The notes below the pieces were generated by a model. That model did not search any database. It saw only the letters and a list, made by a program, of their open reading frames with translations, and was not told where the DNA came from. Position numbers and translations under genes: made by a program. DNA of 64,000 bases, from sequence record MN894885.1. One strand, given 5' to 3'. Shown here piece after piece: positions 1 through 9,711 of this stretch (its first letter is position 1; every line of letters starts with the position of its first letter). This DNA is from Escherichia phage Ec_Makalu_001.

Positions 1-878
1 CTTGTTGCAACTTCTACTGTTTCATCTTCGATCTGTTGATATAGTTTAGCAACACACCAGAATTTGGCTGTGTCATCGTAAGTAGCACTCTCTTTGAACA
101 GATGACCGTCTAGCATGATAGAAAATCCTTCCAGTGCTTCGCCGACCTCACTACCGATTAGAGTCGGTGACAGTTGTCCTTCGCGCTGCAAATACCAGTT
201 ATGTTTGATCGTCAATGTAGGCATACCGCTAGAATCGCCTACAATGTCCTCTGACACAACATAATTAAGTGAGATCTCATTACCTAGTGCCACGGTCTTT
301 GATTCCACCACATCCTGTTCTACGTTCATTGTTGCCAGCATGATTTTAGTCGATGCGCTATCGGCTGAATCTTCCGACTCACCCCACACTTTTACAGTAT
401 ACACGCCGTTTTTATCTGCTGTAAATTTTTGGATCGTAATATCCTGTGTTGTGTCTATAACTTCTTCGCCCTTACTCCAACTATAATGTAGTTCATAGTT
501 GTCTGCTGGAGTCTTCCCACCCGAAAATTTTACTGTTGCATGTAATTCTACGTTTGTTTGTGATGATACGTAGAATTGCTGCGGTTCGGTGATATTTACG
601 ATTAATTCAGCTTCTTCCATGAGGAAAACTTCAGATTCTACTGATTCCATCGTATCGGTATCTTGTACCGTTACTTTATAGCTACCCGCATTTTCACTTG
701 TTGCGTCTGCTACAGTTAGCGTAGCTGTGCTATTTTCATGCGGTTGGTCGTCTTTTGTCCATGTATATGTCAAATTGCTGGGTAATGGTTCGTCACCCGC
801 TACAGTCGCCGTTAAGGTGAAACCATCTCCAGCAAGAAAACATCTTTTGTTGGATTGTATTGATACTGTGAAAGCCAT
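1..878 (-). CDS. hoc: Hoc-like head outer capsid decoration protein with Ig-like repeats (partial; 3' end lies beyond window start)
   Basis: Manual minus-strand translation from ATG at 876-878 (MAFTVSIQSNKR...) spot-checked at both ends; remains open at position 1; N-terminus resembles T4 Hoc (MTFTVDI...); synteny hoc-inh-uvsW. Confidence 0.5.
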   Translation of the reverse strand, partial: MAFTVSIQSNKRCFLAGDGFTLTATVAGDEPLPSNLTYTWTKDDQPHENSTATLTVADATSENAGSYKVTVQDTDTMESVESEVFLMEEAELIVNITEPQQFYVSSQTNVELHATVKFSGGKTPADNYELHYSWSKGEEVIDTTQDITIQKFTADKNGVYTVKVWGESEDSADSASTKIMLATMNVEQDVVESKTVALGNEISLNYVVSEDIVGDSSGMPTLTIKHNWYLQREGQLSPTLIGSEVGEALEGFSIMLDGHLFKESATYDDTAKFWCVAKLYQQIEDETVEVAT

Positions 879-973
879 ATAAAGCCACTCCCATAGAAAA
901 TCCGAATTTAATTAATTGAAATAGTTGATTGCCATCAACCAGATAACCATTGCGAGATTCCAATACATGAGTA

Positions 974-1138
974 TTAGAATAGTGATGTAACGAGGCCGAA
1001 ATAGTATCGATCTCGTCTTGGTATTTGTTCTGTTATAAAGTCTGCTGTACTAACAACAATCTTTAACAGAAGTGGATGACCAACGGAGCCATAAACCGGA
1101 CCTTCTGTTTGATGTAATACATTGATTTTGTTAGACAT
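974..1138 (-). CDS. hypothetical small protein (54 aa)
   Basis: Manually found ORF below the 60-aa track cutoff; ATG at 1136-1138; position between hoc and inh. Confidence 0.25.
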   Translation of the reverse strand: MSNKINVLHQTEGPVYGSVGHPLLLKIVVSTADFITEQIPRRDRYYFGLVTSLF

Positions 1139-1216
1139 GTAGTATCCTCTTTTAATTGCATAACGGAACTACAATTAAAATTATAACAAATATTTCACAA
1201 CTTTTATCACCCAAAA

Positions 1217-1942
1217 TTACTTGAGTGTGTGGAATTGGCTATGTTTAGTCTCTCGCACCTTGACAGACCCATCGCGTTTGATATAATAGATCAGTGACTT
1301 GAGGGTGTCGTGTACATACGCGTGCGGGAAACGCTCTGGATACTTCTTCCAATCTGGAGTATTAACGATCCAGTCGAAAATCCACCACGGGCAGGAGTAG
1401 TAACCACGACCGCCACCGATCAAGCAAATGGTCGGACGGAAACCAGTAAGATCACAAAATGAATCAGTGTCATGTGCAGGAGAACGATGCTCTGCTTCGT
1501 CAGAGAAAATGTTTGCTACCGGAGATTCCACTTTAACTTCCGGTGCTTCTTCAACATCTGACTTAACTTCTTCGACCACTGGTTCAACTGCTGGAGATTC
1601 TTCTTTTGTTTCTTCAATGACGATCTCAGGTTCTTTCATTGCTTCAACCAGAGACGGATCAACTTCGTCGAATACCACTTTATCATCTGCGGTATCTGCT
1701 GCCAGAATAAGGTCGTTAATACTGGTTCCTTCTGCCGGAGTTTCTTCTTCCATTTCGGAAGCCAGTTTAGTTAATTCGGTTTCTACGAACTCGATCATGT
1801 TCTCTAGTGATAAAGTCTTTTTGACCTTGATATCAAATTGTTTTGCATAGTCTGCTAATTCTGTTTTAGCTGTTTTCTGTGCTTCTTTGTCGTCGGACGC
1901 CGCAATAGCGCGGAGTTCTTCGAAATATTCTTTATCAAACAT
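1217..1942 (-). CDS. acidic protein, possible Inh-like inhibitor of prohead protease
   Basis: 241-aa ORF; position between hoc and uvsW as for T4 inh; acidic central region; no strong motif recognised. Confidence 0.35.
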   Translation of the reverse strand: MFDKEYFEELRAIAASDDKEAQKTAKTELADYAKQFDIKVKKTLSLENMIEFVETELTKLASEMEEETPAEGTSINDLILAADTADDKVVFDEVDPSLVEAMKEPEIVIEETKEESPAVEPVVEEVKSDVEEAPEVKVESPVANIFSDEAEHRSPAHDTDSFCDLTGFRPTICLIGGGRGYYSCPWWIFDWIVNTPDWKKYPERFPHAYVHDTLKSLIYYIKRDGSVKVRETKHSQFHTLK

Positions 1943-1968
1943 GCTATTCTCCTGATTGGGGGTGTTTG

Positions 1969-1976
1969 TATAAATA
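1969..1976 (+). promoter_or_regulatory. T4-type late promoter motif TATAAATA upstream of uvsW
   Basis: Exact TATAAATA ~20 nt upstream of uvsW ATG. Confidence 0.5.
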
Positions 1977-1997
1977 TTTGTATACTGTATTTATTGA

Positions 1998-3515
1998 GTG
2001 AGGCTATTCGCTATGCAAGATATTAAAATTCACTTTCTGAACTACTCCCACGTTCAAATTGAATGTAGCGATTCAATTTTATTAGAAATGCGAGATTATT
2101 TTAGTTTTGAAGTCGAGGGAGCGCGGTTTCAAAAAAGATTTAAGTATGGCGGATGGGATGGGCGTATTCGTCTTTTAGATTACAATGGAAAGTTGCCAAT
2201 CGGACTAACTAAAACCGTTGGTATCTTCGCTAAAAATATGGGTTATTCTGTTTGGGTAGACCCTCGCTTATTCGAGAAAGAACAGGTTACAGAAGAAGAG
2301 ATCACAAAATGGTGTAACGACTTAGAATTATATTCCGGTGCTAACAGGATCACCCCGCATTGGTATCAATCAAAGGCTGTCTTTGAAGGTATTCATCATA
2401 AACGCCGTATGTTAGTTTTGCCTACGTCCGCTGGTAAATCTGCGATTGCTTGTATGTTGTCTCGCTGGTACTTAGAGAACTACGAAGGGAAAGTGCTGAT
2501 CATCGTTCCTACCACGTCTCTAGTGCTGCAAATGCGAGATGACTTTGTTGATTATCGCCAGTTTCCTTATGAAGCAATTCATACTATCATGAGCGGTACT
2601 AGTAAACACGTAGGTGATCGCCTGATCGTTGTTAGTACGTGGCAATCTGCATGTAAACAACCTCGTGAGTGGTTCCAACAATTCGGGATGGTTATTGTTG
2701 ACGAATGTCACAAGGCCACGGCTAAAAACCTGCTAAACATCGTTACTGATATGGATCATTGCCAATTTAAGATCGGTATGACTGGTTCCCCTCGTGACGG
2801 GAAAGCTAACATGATGCAGTATGTCGGGCTTTTCGGTGATATTTCTAAGATCGTGAGTATTGACCGCCTGATGGAAGAAGGTCAAGTGACAAAACTGAAA
2901 ATTAACTGTCTTTTTCTTCGTTATACCGATGAGGAATGTAGCGCGGTTAAGGGGAGAGAATATGCGGAAGAGATCAAGTATATTACATCTAACCCACGAC
3001 GTAATAAGTTTGCTTGCAATTTGGCGCTAAAACTCGCTAAGAAGGGCGAAAACGTATTCCTGATGTTCCGCAACACTAAGCACGGAAAACTTATGTATGA
3101 TGCGTTACAGAAGGTACATGACAAGGTTTATTATATTGACGGTGGAGTTAAGACAGAAGAACGTGATGAATTTAAGAAAATGGCGGAAGGTGACACCGGG
3201 ATCATTTGTGTTGCGTCTTATGGTGTGTTCTCTACTGGTGTTTCCATCAAGAACTTGCATCATGTTATTTTCGGTCATCCAGTGAAGGAATCAACCATCG
3301 TTCGTCAGAGTATCGGTCGTGCATTGCGTAAACATGGTTCTAAGGATATTGCTACCGTTTGGGATCTTATCGATCATTTGGCGGTGAAGACAAAGAGCAA
3401 GAATGCTAAGAAACAGTTTAGTCACCTTAATTATGCTCTTAAACACGCGCTTTTGAGGATACAGCTTTACAATACCGATAAATTTGAGTATGCCACGAAA
3501 ACCATCGAGATTTAA
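1998..3515 (+). CDS. uvsW: UvsW RNA-DNA and DNA-DNA helicase (SF2)
   Basis: 505 aa; strong similarity to T4 UvsW along whole length (Walker A LPTSAGKS, DECH box, helicase C motifs); TATAAATA late-promoter motif upstream. Confidence 0.9.
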   Translation: MRLFAMQDIKIHFLNYSHVQIECSDSILLEMRDYFSFEVEGARFQKRFKYGGWDGRIRLLDYNGKLPIGLTKTVGIFAKNMGYSVWVDPRLFEKEQVTEEEITKWCNDLELYSGANRITPHWYQSKAVFEGIHHKRRMLVLPTSAGKSAIACMLSRWYLENYEGKVLIIVPTTSLVLQMRDDFVDYRQFPYEAIHTIMSGTSKHVGDRLIVVSTWQSACKQPREWFQQFGMVIVDECHKATAKNLLNIVTDMDHCQFKIGMTGSPRDGKANMMQYVGLFGDISKIVSIDRLMEEGQVTKLKINCLFLRYTDEECSAVKGREYAEEIKYITSNPRRNKFACNLALKLAKKGENVFLMFRNTKHGKLMYDALQKVHDKVYYIDGGVKTEERDEFKKMAEGDTGIICVASYGVFSTGVSIKNLHHVIFGHPVKESTIVRQSIGRALRKHGSKDIATVWDLIDHLAVKTKSKNAKKQFSHLNYALKHALLRIQLYNTDKFEYATKTIEI

Positions 3516-3558
3516 TAAATAGGGGCTTTAATGCCCCTTTATTCTACGGAGATTAAAA

Positions 3559-3795
3559 ATGATTAGCTTTAAACGTTTTTTGGTTGAGGCCGCTATTGAC
3601 GGTTTCATGAGTAAGATTTATTCTTGTAATACTATCGAGGGATTGAATGAACTTGAGGCATATTATGAGAAGCGCAAGAAAGAAACAGAATTGAAACCTG
3701 CTGATGATATTTCGATCCGTGATGCCATCGCCGGACGCCGTAAGCAACTGGAGGCCGACAACGAGCCAGAAGAGGAGCCGGAAGAGGATTTTTAA
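3559..3795 (+). CDS. uvsW.1: UvsW.1-like small acidic protein
   Basis: 78-aa ORF immediately downstream of uvsW, separated by a stop codon and hairpin; position-based. Confidence 0.5.
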   Translation: MISFKRFLVEAAIDGFMSKIYSCNTIEGLNELEAYYEKRKKETELKPADDISIRDAIAGRRKQLEADNEPEEEPEEDF

Positions 3796-3858
3796 GATAT
3801 AAAAAAGCCCCATCAATGATGGGGCAAAATAAACCAATTAAAATCGGTTATCAACAAA

Positions 3859-4035
3859 TTACATTAACAGCATTGTTTGCTCTACGAGTTGTTCTTGTTC
3901 TTCGCCGTTCGCATCTTCACTAATCGAACGTTCTGTTACTAGCTGTAAGCAGTAGCCAGTGTGAACAACGCCGTTTTCTGTCTGGACGGCTAACGCATCC
4001 TCGACAGGTTGTTTACAACAAATACAGATTTTCAT
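3859..4035 (-). CDS. hypothetical Cys-rich small protein (58 aa)
   Basis: Manual ORF, ATG 4033-4035 with GGAGG RBS; downstream of uvsY on same strand; followed by a minus-strand hairpin plus T-run at ~3807-3825. Confidence 0.3.
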   Translation of the reverse strand: MKICICCKQPVEDALAVQTENGVVHTGYCLQLVTERSISEDANGEEQEQLVEQTMLLM

Positions 4036-4055
4036 AAAATTCCTCCTGCATGTAT

Positions 4056-4463
4056 TTAGCGACCAGATTCCAGCATACGCAATTCTATTGCATTCTTGAT
4101 CGCAAAGCCACGAGATTTAACGATATCAAGTGCGCGACCAGCGAAATCCATTACCATCTGGTAATATGCAATTTTCGTATCAAGTGGTAAGATCTCGTCA
4201 TCTGCTGCCATGACAACTTTCAATTCTGATTTCTCATACTCAGCGCGACACCAGTCATCACTACGGTTAGTGTAAAAGTCAAGACGATTTTTCATAGCCT
4301 TTTTCTTTTTAGCCTCAAGAGCAATCGTCTCTCGCTTCGCCTCGCTGTAAATCCTTAACCACTTTGAGTATACTACCGGATTATTCAGCGCCTCCCATTG
4401 CAACTTAGTCGCATCGATCTTCATGTCAGCTTCTAATTGTTCTTTCAAATCGTTTAGGTCCAT
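4056..4463 (-). CDS. uvsY: UvsY recombination mediator protein
   Basis: 135 aa; similarity to T4 UvsY (DLxxLxExL... KSRGFAIK motif); conserved position upstream of gene 25. Confidence 0.8.
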   Translation of the reverse strand: MDLNDLKEQLEADMKIDATKLQWEALNNPVVYSKWLRIYSEAKRETIALEAKKKKAMKNRLDFYTNRSDDWCRAEYEKSELKVVMAADDEILPLDTKIAYYQMVMDFAGRALDIVKSRGFAIKNAIELRMLESGR

Positions 4464-4510
4464 AATATCCCCTTATTCACACTAAGACCTATATCATATC
4501 ACACGCAAAA

Positions 4511-4909
4511 TCATTTTGCAAGTCTTATGCGTAGTTGTTCAAGATCATCTGGGTTATCTATTACTGAAAAGTAGATTGATACTATGATTGAATTATCGTC
4601 GTACTGCGGAGTTACTTCTACTGTCAGGTTTCGGACCCGTGGTTCATAGTTTCGGATTGCCTCATTAATGTTTTTTGATAAGGTATCCACTGTCAGTGGG
4701 TTCATGTTCTCAAACAGTGATTTATTGAGGTCACATCCAAACAGTGGATCAAATGGACGAGATCCCTTGCGAGTAGTCACGATCAGTAGAATAGAATCCT
4801 TAACCGCTTTAATTCCTATGTTCTTTTTAACGTCGTTATTCCACGATCTGGATATATTGAGATCCAAATCAGTATACATCTGATTAATTGTTGCCATGTT
4901 ATACCTCAA
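4511..4909 (-). CDS. 25: baseplate wedge subunit gp25
   Basis: 132 aa, same length as T4 gp25; strong similarity (TRKGSRPFDP.FGCDL, YFSVIDNPDD). Confidence 0.85.
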   Translation of the reverse strand: MRYNMATINQMYTDLDLNISRSWNNDVKKNIGIKAVKDSILLIVTTRKGSRPFDPLFGCDLNKSLFENMNPLTVDTLSKNINEAIRNYEPRVRNLTVEVTPQYDDNSIIVSIYFSVIDNPDDLEQLRIRLAK

Positions 4910-5535
4910 AGAATTTTAAGGAAACTGGATAGACCTGATAATGAATATACACCAGATTCCCCGCATTCGCATTTGATCGGTACTGCCAGCGTGATTTGAT
5001 TTCTTGTTAGCTCGTCGATCACTTCTTCCACTTTATCCGTGGTAAGCATATCCAACACGCGGTCAAAGTCCTGCGCGTTCAGGTCGTCTATATTGAATTG
5101 CTGATCGCCGATCACGATATATTCGATACATGCAATTACCATCTGCATAATATCAACATCTTCTGTAAACTTAGGTTGACGAAACTTGATTTTTACTTGT
5201 CCTAAGTCTAGAATATACGGTTCGACTTCTGGTATCTGTGTGCGTGAAACATCAAGAGAATATACTTTCTCTTTATTGCATACACCACACACCCAAGTAG
5301 CATCAATTTTCATCTTATTGAGGCTGTGACACCATAAGAGAAGAAAAATATATTCTGCTTCGCATTTCTCTAGCTCTAATGCATTGATCCCCGTACATTC
5401 GTATATAATCTCTATAACAACATCTGACAGCTTGCCAGTCTCTTTTGCTGCTACCAGTTTTTGAAATTCGCCGAAGGTGAAAGCACGGGCGTGTATCAAC
5501 TTTTCGCCTATTTGGATCTTGAAAAAGTATTGCAT
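4906..5535 (-). CDS. 26: baseplate hub subunit gp26
   Basis: 209 aa; ATGA overlap with gene 25; T4 synteny. Confidence 0.6.
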   Translation of the reverse strand: MQYFFKIQIGEKLIHARAFTFGEFQKLVAAKETGKLSDVVIEIIYECTGINALELEKCEAEYIFLLLWCHSLNKMKIDATWVCGVCNKEKVYSLDVSRTQIPEVEPYILDLGQVKIKFRQPKFTEDVDIMQMVIACIEYIVIGDQQFNIDDLNAQDFDRVLDMLTTDKVEEVIDELTRNQITLAVPIKCECGESGVYSLSGLSSFLKIL

Positions 5536-5577
5536 AATAAAACACCCTTTATAAACACATAGAATTATTTAGTATTT

Positions 5578-5585
5578 TATAAATA
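5578..5585 (+). promoter_or_regulatory. T4-type late promoter motif TATAAATA upstream of gene 51
   Basis: Exact TATAAATA ~20 nt upstream of ATG at 5606. Confidence 0.5.
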
Positions 5586-5605
5586 CCCGAAAGGGGGATT
5601 ATACC

Positions 5606-6376
5606 ATGAATATTATCCGAATAAAACTACCGGAAGGTGTACAGCGATTTAAACCATTCACGGTAAAAGATTATAGAGATTTCCTTCTGGTGTCAACTGA
5701 AATTAAGATGAATCCAGAAGAAGAACAAACTATACTGGATGAGCTACTAGAAGAAATATATCCAGACGTAGACCCTGCATTTCGTGAATATATTTTCCTG
5801 AACGTTTTTACTAGCTCAATAGGTAAAACAAAGATACCGCTTTGCTTTACTTGCCCGACTTGCAACAAAGAAAGAAAAATGTTGCTCAACTTACAGGTCG
5901 AAGCACTAAAACCAATCGTTCTGGAGGCCGCAGGGCTTAAAATAACTTTCCGGTATGTGAAACCATCAACCGACTATGCAAAAACGTTTCTAGATGCGAT
6001 AGAGCGTGTCTCTGATGGTGTTAATGATTATCTATGGACTGAATTACCGGAAGAAGTTAGAGATCAGGTTATCGATTCAATCTCATTTGCTGAATTTGAA
6101 GAAGTTGTTAAGCAGATGCACACGATCAAGATCGAACAAAAGATATCTTGCTGTGAAAGTCATGACCTGAAATACATAGGTCTTCTTCCATTATTCAAAT
6201 TGTTGTTGAATCCAGATGAGTTATTCATCTTTTATCGAATAAACCATCTATTGGCAAAATCAAATTATTCTATCAGTGATCTTATGGACATGTTACCCGT
6301 CGAGAGAAACATTGCACTGACACTGGTCGAGAAAGACGTAAAAGAGGCAAACAATGCAAAGAACGGGGTTTCCTAA
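5606..6376 (+). CDS. 51: baseplate hub assembly catalyst gp51
   Basis: 256 aa; divergent from 26; TATAAATA late promoter at 5578-5585; T4 synteny. Confidence 0.6.
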   Translation: MNIIRIKLPEGVQRFKPFTVKDYRDFLLVSTEIKMNPEEEQTILDELLEEIYPDVDPAFREYIFLNVFTSSIGKTKIPLCFTCPTCNKERKMLLNLQVEALKPIVLEAAGLKITFRYVKPSTDYAKTFLDAIERVSDGVNDYLWTELPEEVRDQVIDSISFAEFEEVVKQMHTIKIEQKISCCESHDLKYIGLLPLFKLLLNPDELFIFYRINHLLAKSNYSISDLMDMLPVERNIALTLVEKDVKEANNAKNGVS

Positions 6377-7463
6377 TGTCTCAATAAAACTTTATCAGGA
6401 TTATGAGGCATTTCTAAATCATCGCTTTATAGAATTGGGTGCTACCTTTGTTACAATGACTCTGCGTGATTCGATTCGTGGGGTGAACGAAGGATTGTTG
6501 CAATTCTATGATAATAAAGCGATGCATACAAAATTAAACGGGCGGGAGATCATTCAGATTTCGTTATCTACTGCCAACACAGATGAAGTGTTCAACCGAA
6601 TCTATGGGATCTCTCATAGTAATGTAACGATTGACCAAAAATCCGACAACATTTTAACATTCCAGTTAAAGAGCTATCACGAAACACTAAACCTTAAATT
6701 TTCTCGCGCATTGACAAATAACGCTGTTAATAACGTAACCAGTATGATTGATGCCATCTATAAGGAAGTCCCTTTATGGAAACCAGCTATAAAAGGTGAT
6801 AACGTTGTTATTCCTCGTTGTCCGTGGGTTAGTACCATAAATGACTATATGGATTTTGTGAGGGCATACGGGCAAAGCGTAGAAACCGAGTCTTTCGTGT
6901 ATTGTTGGGAAGATTTTGATGGTATAACTATAGCCGGACACGATACAATATTAAAAAATGAGCCAATACCAGCTATAATCTGTGAGCCTAGACTCATGGG
7001 GCAATTTATTGATATGTCACCTAATCTGATGGTTTTTAATTTCGAGTGGCAGACTAAGAGCAATGCTAAAGTTAAAAATTCATTTAACAATGTGACATAC
7101 ACGACTATTGATTTTGTTACTAAGCAGTATAATAAAATTGTTGTTGGTAACGGGGATAACATTGCTCATTTTGCACATGGTGGCGCTTATGGGGAGTTGA
7201 CTTATAAGAATGCATTTTTGGAAGGTTCTAAACTTGCCACAATAGAACAGTATGATTCATATGCTACCGCCGTGTGTCATGGTAATTTTTCATTGCGTCC
7301 TGGTATGGTAATTCGATTCTTTGACGAGAAGCAACAAGCACGCAATGATTTTATTGTTGACGAAGTGGTGCATGAAATTAGCCGAGAACAATCATTAACT
7401 CACCTGTATATGATCGGTAACAGCGAAGAATTACAGGAAGTCAAATTTGAAGGTAAGATATAA
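6354..7463 (+). CDS. 27: baseplate hub subunit gp27
   Basis: 369 aa; T4 synteny 51-27-28-29; size close to T4 gp27. Confidence 0.65.
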   Translation: MQRTGFPNVSIKLYQDYEAFLNHRFIELGATFVTMTLRDSIRGVNEGLLQFYDNKAMHTKLNGREIIQISLSTANTDEVFNRIYGISHSNVTIDQKSDNILTFQLKSYHETLNLKFSRALTNNAVNNVTSMIDAIYKEVPLWKPAIKGDNVVIPRCPWVSTINDYMDFVRAYGQSVETESFVYCWEDFDGITIAGHDTILKNEPIPAIICEPRLMGQFIDMSPNLMVFNFEWQTKSNAKVKNSFNNVTYTTIDFVTKQYNKIVVGNGDNIAHFAHGGAYGELTYKNAFLEGSKLATIEQYDSYATAVCHGNFSLRPGMVIRFFDEKQQARNDFIVDEVVHEISREQSLTHLYMIGNSEELQEVKFEGKI

Positions 7464-7981
7464 TGACAGAAACTAAACCTATGTTAAAATTTGTTGTTCC
7501 TGTAAAAACTTTAGAGATAAACGGGAAACATATCAAGATCCCAAAAATGGGTATTAAGCAACATCGATTATTAAAAGATGTTCGTAGCTGCGATGAAACA
7601 TTAAAGATTCTTCTTGATTCAATCTGCCCTGGGTTAAACGCTGCTGAGTCTGAATTGGTTATGCTTAATCTTTGTGCGTTTAATGGTAAATGTCTGGAAG
7701 AAAAAGACGGTCTTAAACTATCTGATGTGTATATTTGTACAGAAACTGAATTTGATTTAAATGGCAAAACATTTAAATTTAAAAATCCGATGTATACTTC
7801 TGACCCCATTATCGATGACGCTGATTTCTTGAGTCATCATTATCACGATCCTAGTGTAGACTTCCATGACTTCCCAGCTTTTATTATGGATTGGGCTACA
7901 GGATTAAGAAAAACTATTGCACTGGATACGCCGGAAGGTACTATCTATGGTGGAATTAACATATTGGATCGCCTATCATGA
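7463..7981 (+). CDS. 28: baseplate hub distal subunit gp28
   Basis: 172 aa; overlapping start/stop with gene 27; T4 synteny. Confidence 0.6.
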   Translation: MTETKPMLKFVVPVKTLEINGKHIKIPKMGIKQHRLLKDVRSCDETLKILLDSICPGLNAAESELVMLNLCAFNGKCLEEKDGLKLSDVYICTETEFDLNGKTFKFKNPMYTSDPIIDDADFLSHHYHDPSVDFHDFPAFIMDWATGLRKTIALDTPEGTIYGGINILDRLS

Positions 7982-9711
7982 ATGACGCATTAACATCATT
8001 TCGCGGGATGCGCAAGGAAGCGGAAGAAAATCCGATTGATAAACTTAACAAATTAGATAAACTTGATTCTATTGATAATTTGCAAGCCGCTACCGAATTG
8101 GTGGCGGAGACAGTAGAACAAAAATCTAATGAAGTTGTTGGTGCGGTAGAGGATAACACCGCAGCCAATGAATTAACGGCAGAGAATACACAATCTACCG
8201 CTGGCAATACCCAAAAAACTTATGAAGAATTGCAAAAACTCAATAATTTCTCTTCTCAGATGAATGAGAAATTACGTGGTTTTGGCGTTATGATGGAACG
8301 TAGATTTGGTGTTGTCAGTAAAATGGCGAGCGGTATTGGTGCGATTGAAGAAGCACTGAAAAAACCGGAACAACCGCAAACAATGCCATCACCTCAGCCA
8401 GTTTTGCCTACTGTACCGGAACAGCCTAATAATGACAACTATCAAGGTCTTCCAAAGAAAAAACCAGATGTTGATGACCGAAAGAAAAAGAACGCCACAG
8501 ATAAGCGTAATGCGGATTCTATGGAGAATCTTATTAAAGTTGTTCGTGGTGGATTTAAAGAAACCATAGGAATCTCTAATAAGGTCTTAGGGATGTTATT
8601 TAAGATCACCTTAACCGCAATGGCAGAAGCCGCAAAATGGGGTGCTATTTTGATGGGTATTGTTTTCGTCATTGATACCCTGATGGTTCATTTCAGATAT
8701 TGGAGCGATTTATTCGAAACAAAATTCGATGATTTTATGGATAAGGCCGGAGAATGGGCTGGACCAATTAGTGATATTCTAACAACTATTCGTCAAGTTC
8801 GAGATTATTGGTCTAAAGGCGAATATGGAGAATTAATTAAATCTCTTGTTATGGGTATTGGTGATGCATTCTATAAAACCTTTATCCAACTTGATCGAAT
8901 TATCACTACTGGTATTGCTAAAATTCTTCGCATGATTCCTGGTATGGGTGATTATGCCGATAAGTTAGAATATGGTGCTTTAAAATCTGCTGTCGCTCAA
9001 GGATATACGCCAAATGAAAGAGAACTCGAATTAATGGATAAGGTCGAGTCTGAACACGAAAAAGACAAGTATGGAGAGCGCACAGGGTGGACCGGAAAAG
9101 CCCGTGATATTGGCGAAGCTATCGGGGATTCTATTAAGGATAAAGTTAACGAAGGTCTTGTTAGTCTGGGTTGGCGAGATCAAAAGGATGTTGACGCAGA
9201 GAAGCGACAAGAAGAATTAAAGCGCGGAGAATATGAGTCTGTTTCTGCTGAACAACGATCTGCTAGTCGTAAACTTAGAATTAAAAGTGAGGGCGCGATC
9301 AACAATATTAATGAAGTTATGGAGAATTTGAGCGGTGACTATGACAAAGAAAGAATGGGAGAGTTGAAAAAGGATATTGATGTTTACCGTGAGAAAGTTC
9401 AAGATCCTACATTAGTTGAAAGTGATCGTTCTCAGTTAGAGCGTCTTATTGAAAAATTTGATGAGATGTATGCTGATAAAACTAAGGGTGTTGTGCAAAC
9501 ACAGCCAGTTCCTGCAACTGAAACGGAAACAGCAAAACAAGCGGAACGTACTGAACAAATGCAGAAACAAGCTGCAATCCAGCAACAAACGACAAATCAG
9601 ACCTCAAACGTAAATAATACACAAATTGTAACAAACAATAGAACTATTAAACAGGGTGCACCAACAACTAGAATTGATGCCCCAGGTACAATTAATATGG
9701 GGAACTTTTAA
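7978..9711 (+). CDS. 29: baseplate hub subunit / tail length determinator gp29
   Basis: 577 aa (T4 gp29 ~590 aa); coiled-coil-rich, Q/N-rich C-terminus; synteny. Confidence 0.7.
   Translation: MNDALTSFRGMRKEAEENPIDKLNKLDKLDSIDNLQAATELVAETVEQKSNEVVGAVEDNTAANELTAENTQSTAGNTQKTYEELQKLNNFSSQMNEKLRGFGVMMERRFGVVSKMASGIGAIEEALKKPEQPQTMPSPQPVLPTVPEQPNNDNYQGLPKKKPDVDDRKKKNATDKRNADSMENLIKVVRGGFKETIGISNKVLGMLFKITLTAMAEAAKWGAILMGIVFVIDTLMVHFRYWSDLFETKFDDFMDKAGEWAGPISDILTTIRQVRDYWSKGEYGELIKSLVMGIGDAFYKTFIQLDRIITTGIAKILRMIPGMGDYADKLEYGALKSAVAQGYTPNERELELMDKVESEHEKDKYGERTGWTGKARDIGEAIGDSIKDKVNEGLVSLGWRDQKDVDAEKRQEELKRGEYESVSAEQRSASRKLRIKSEGAINNINEVMENLSGDYDKERMGELKKDIDVYREKVQDPTLVESDRSQLERLIEKFDEMYADKTKGVVQTQPVPATETETAKQAERTEQMQKQAAIQQQTTNQTSNVNNTQIVTNNRTIKQGAPTTRIDAPGTINMGNF

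Noticed and set aside
1428-1850. 140-aa plus-strand ORF, Ser/Thr-rich
   Set aside because: Lies entirely antisense within the inh-like gene; low-complexity translation; no RBS context. Likely spurious.
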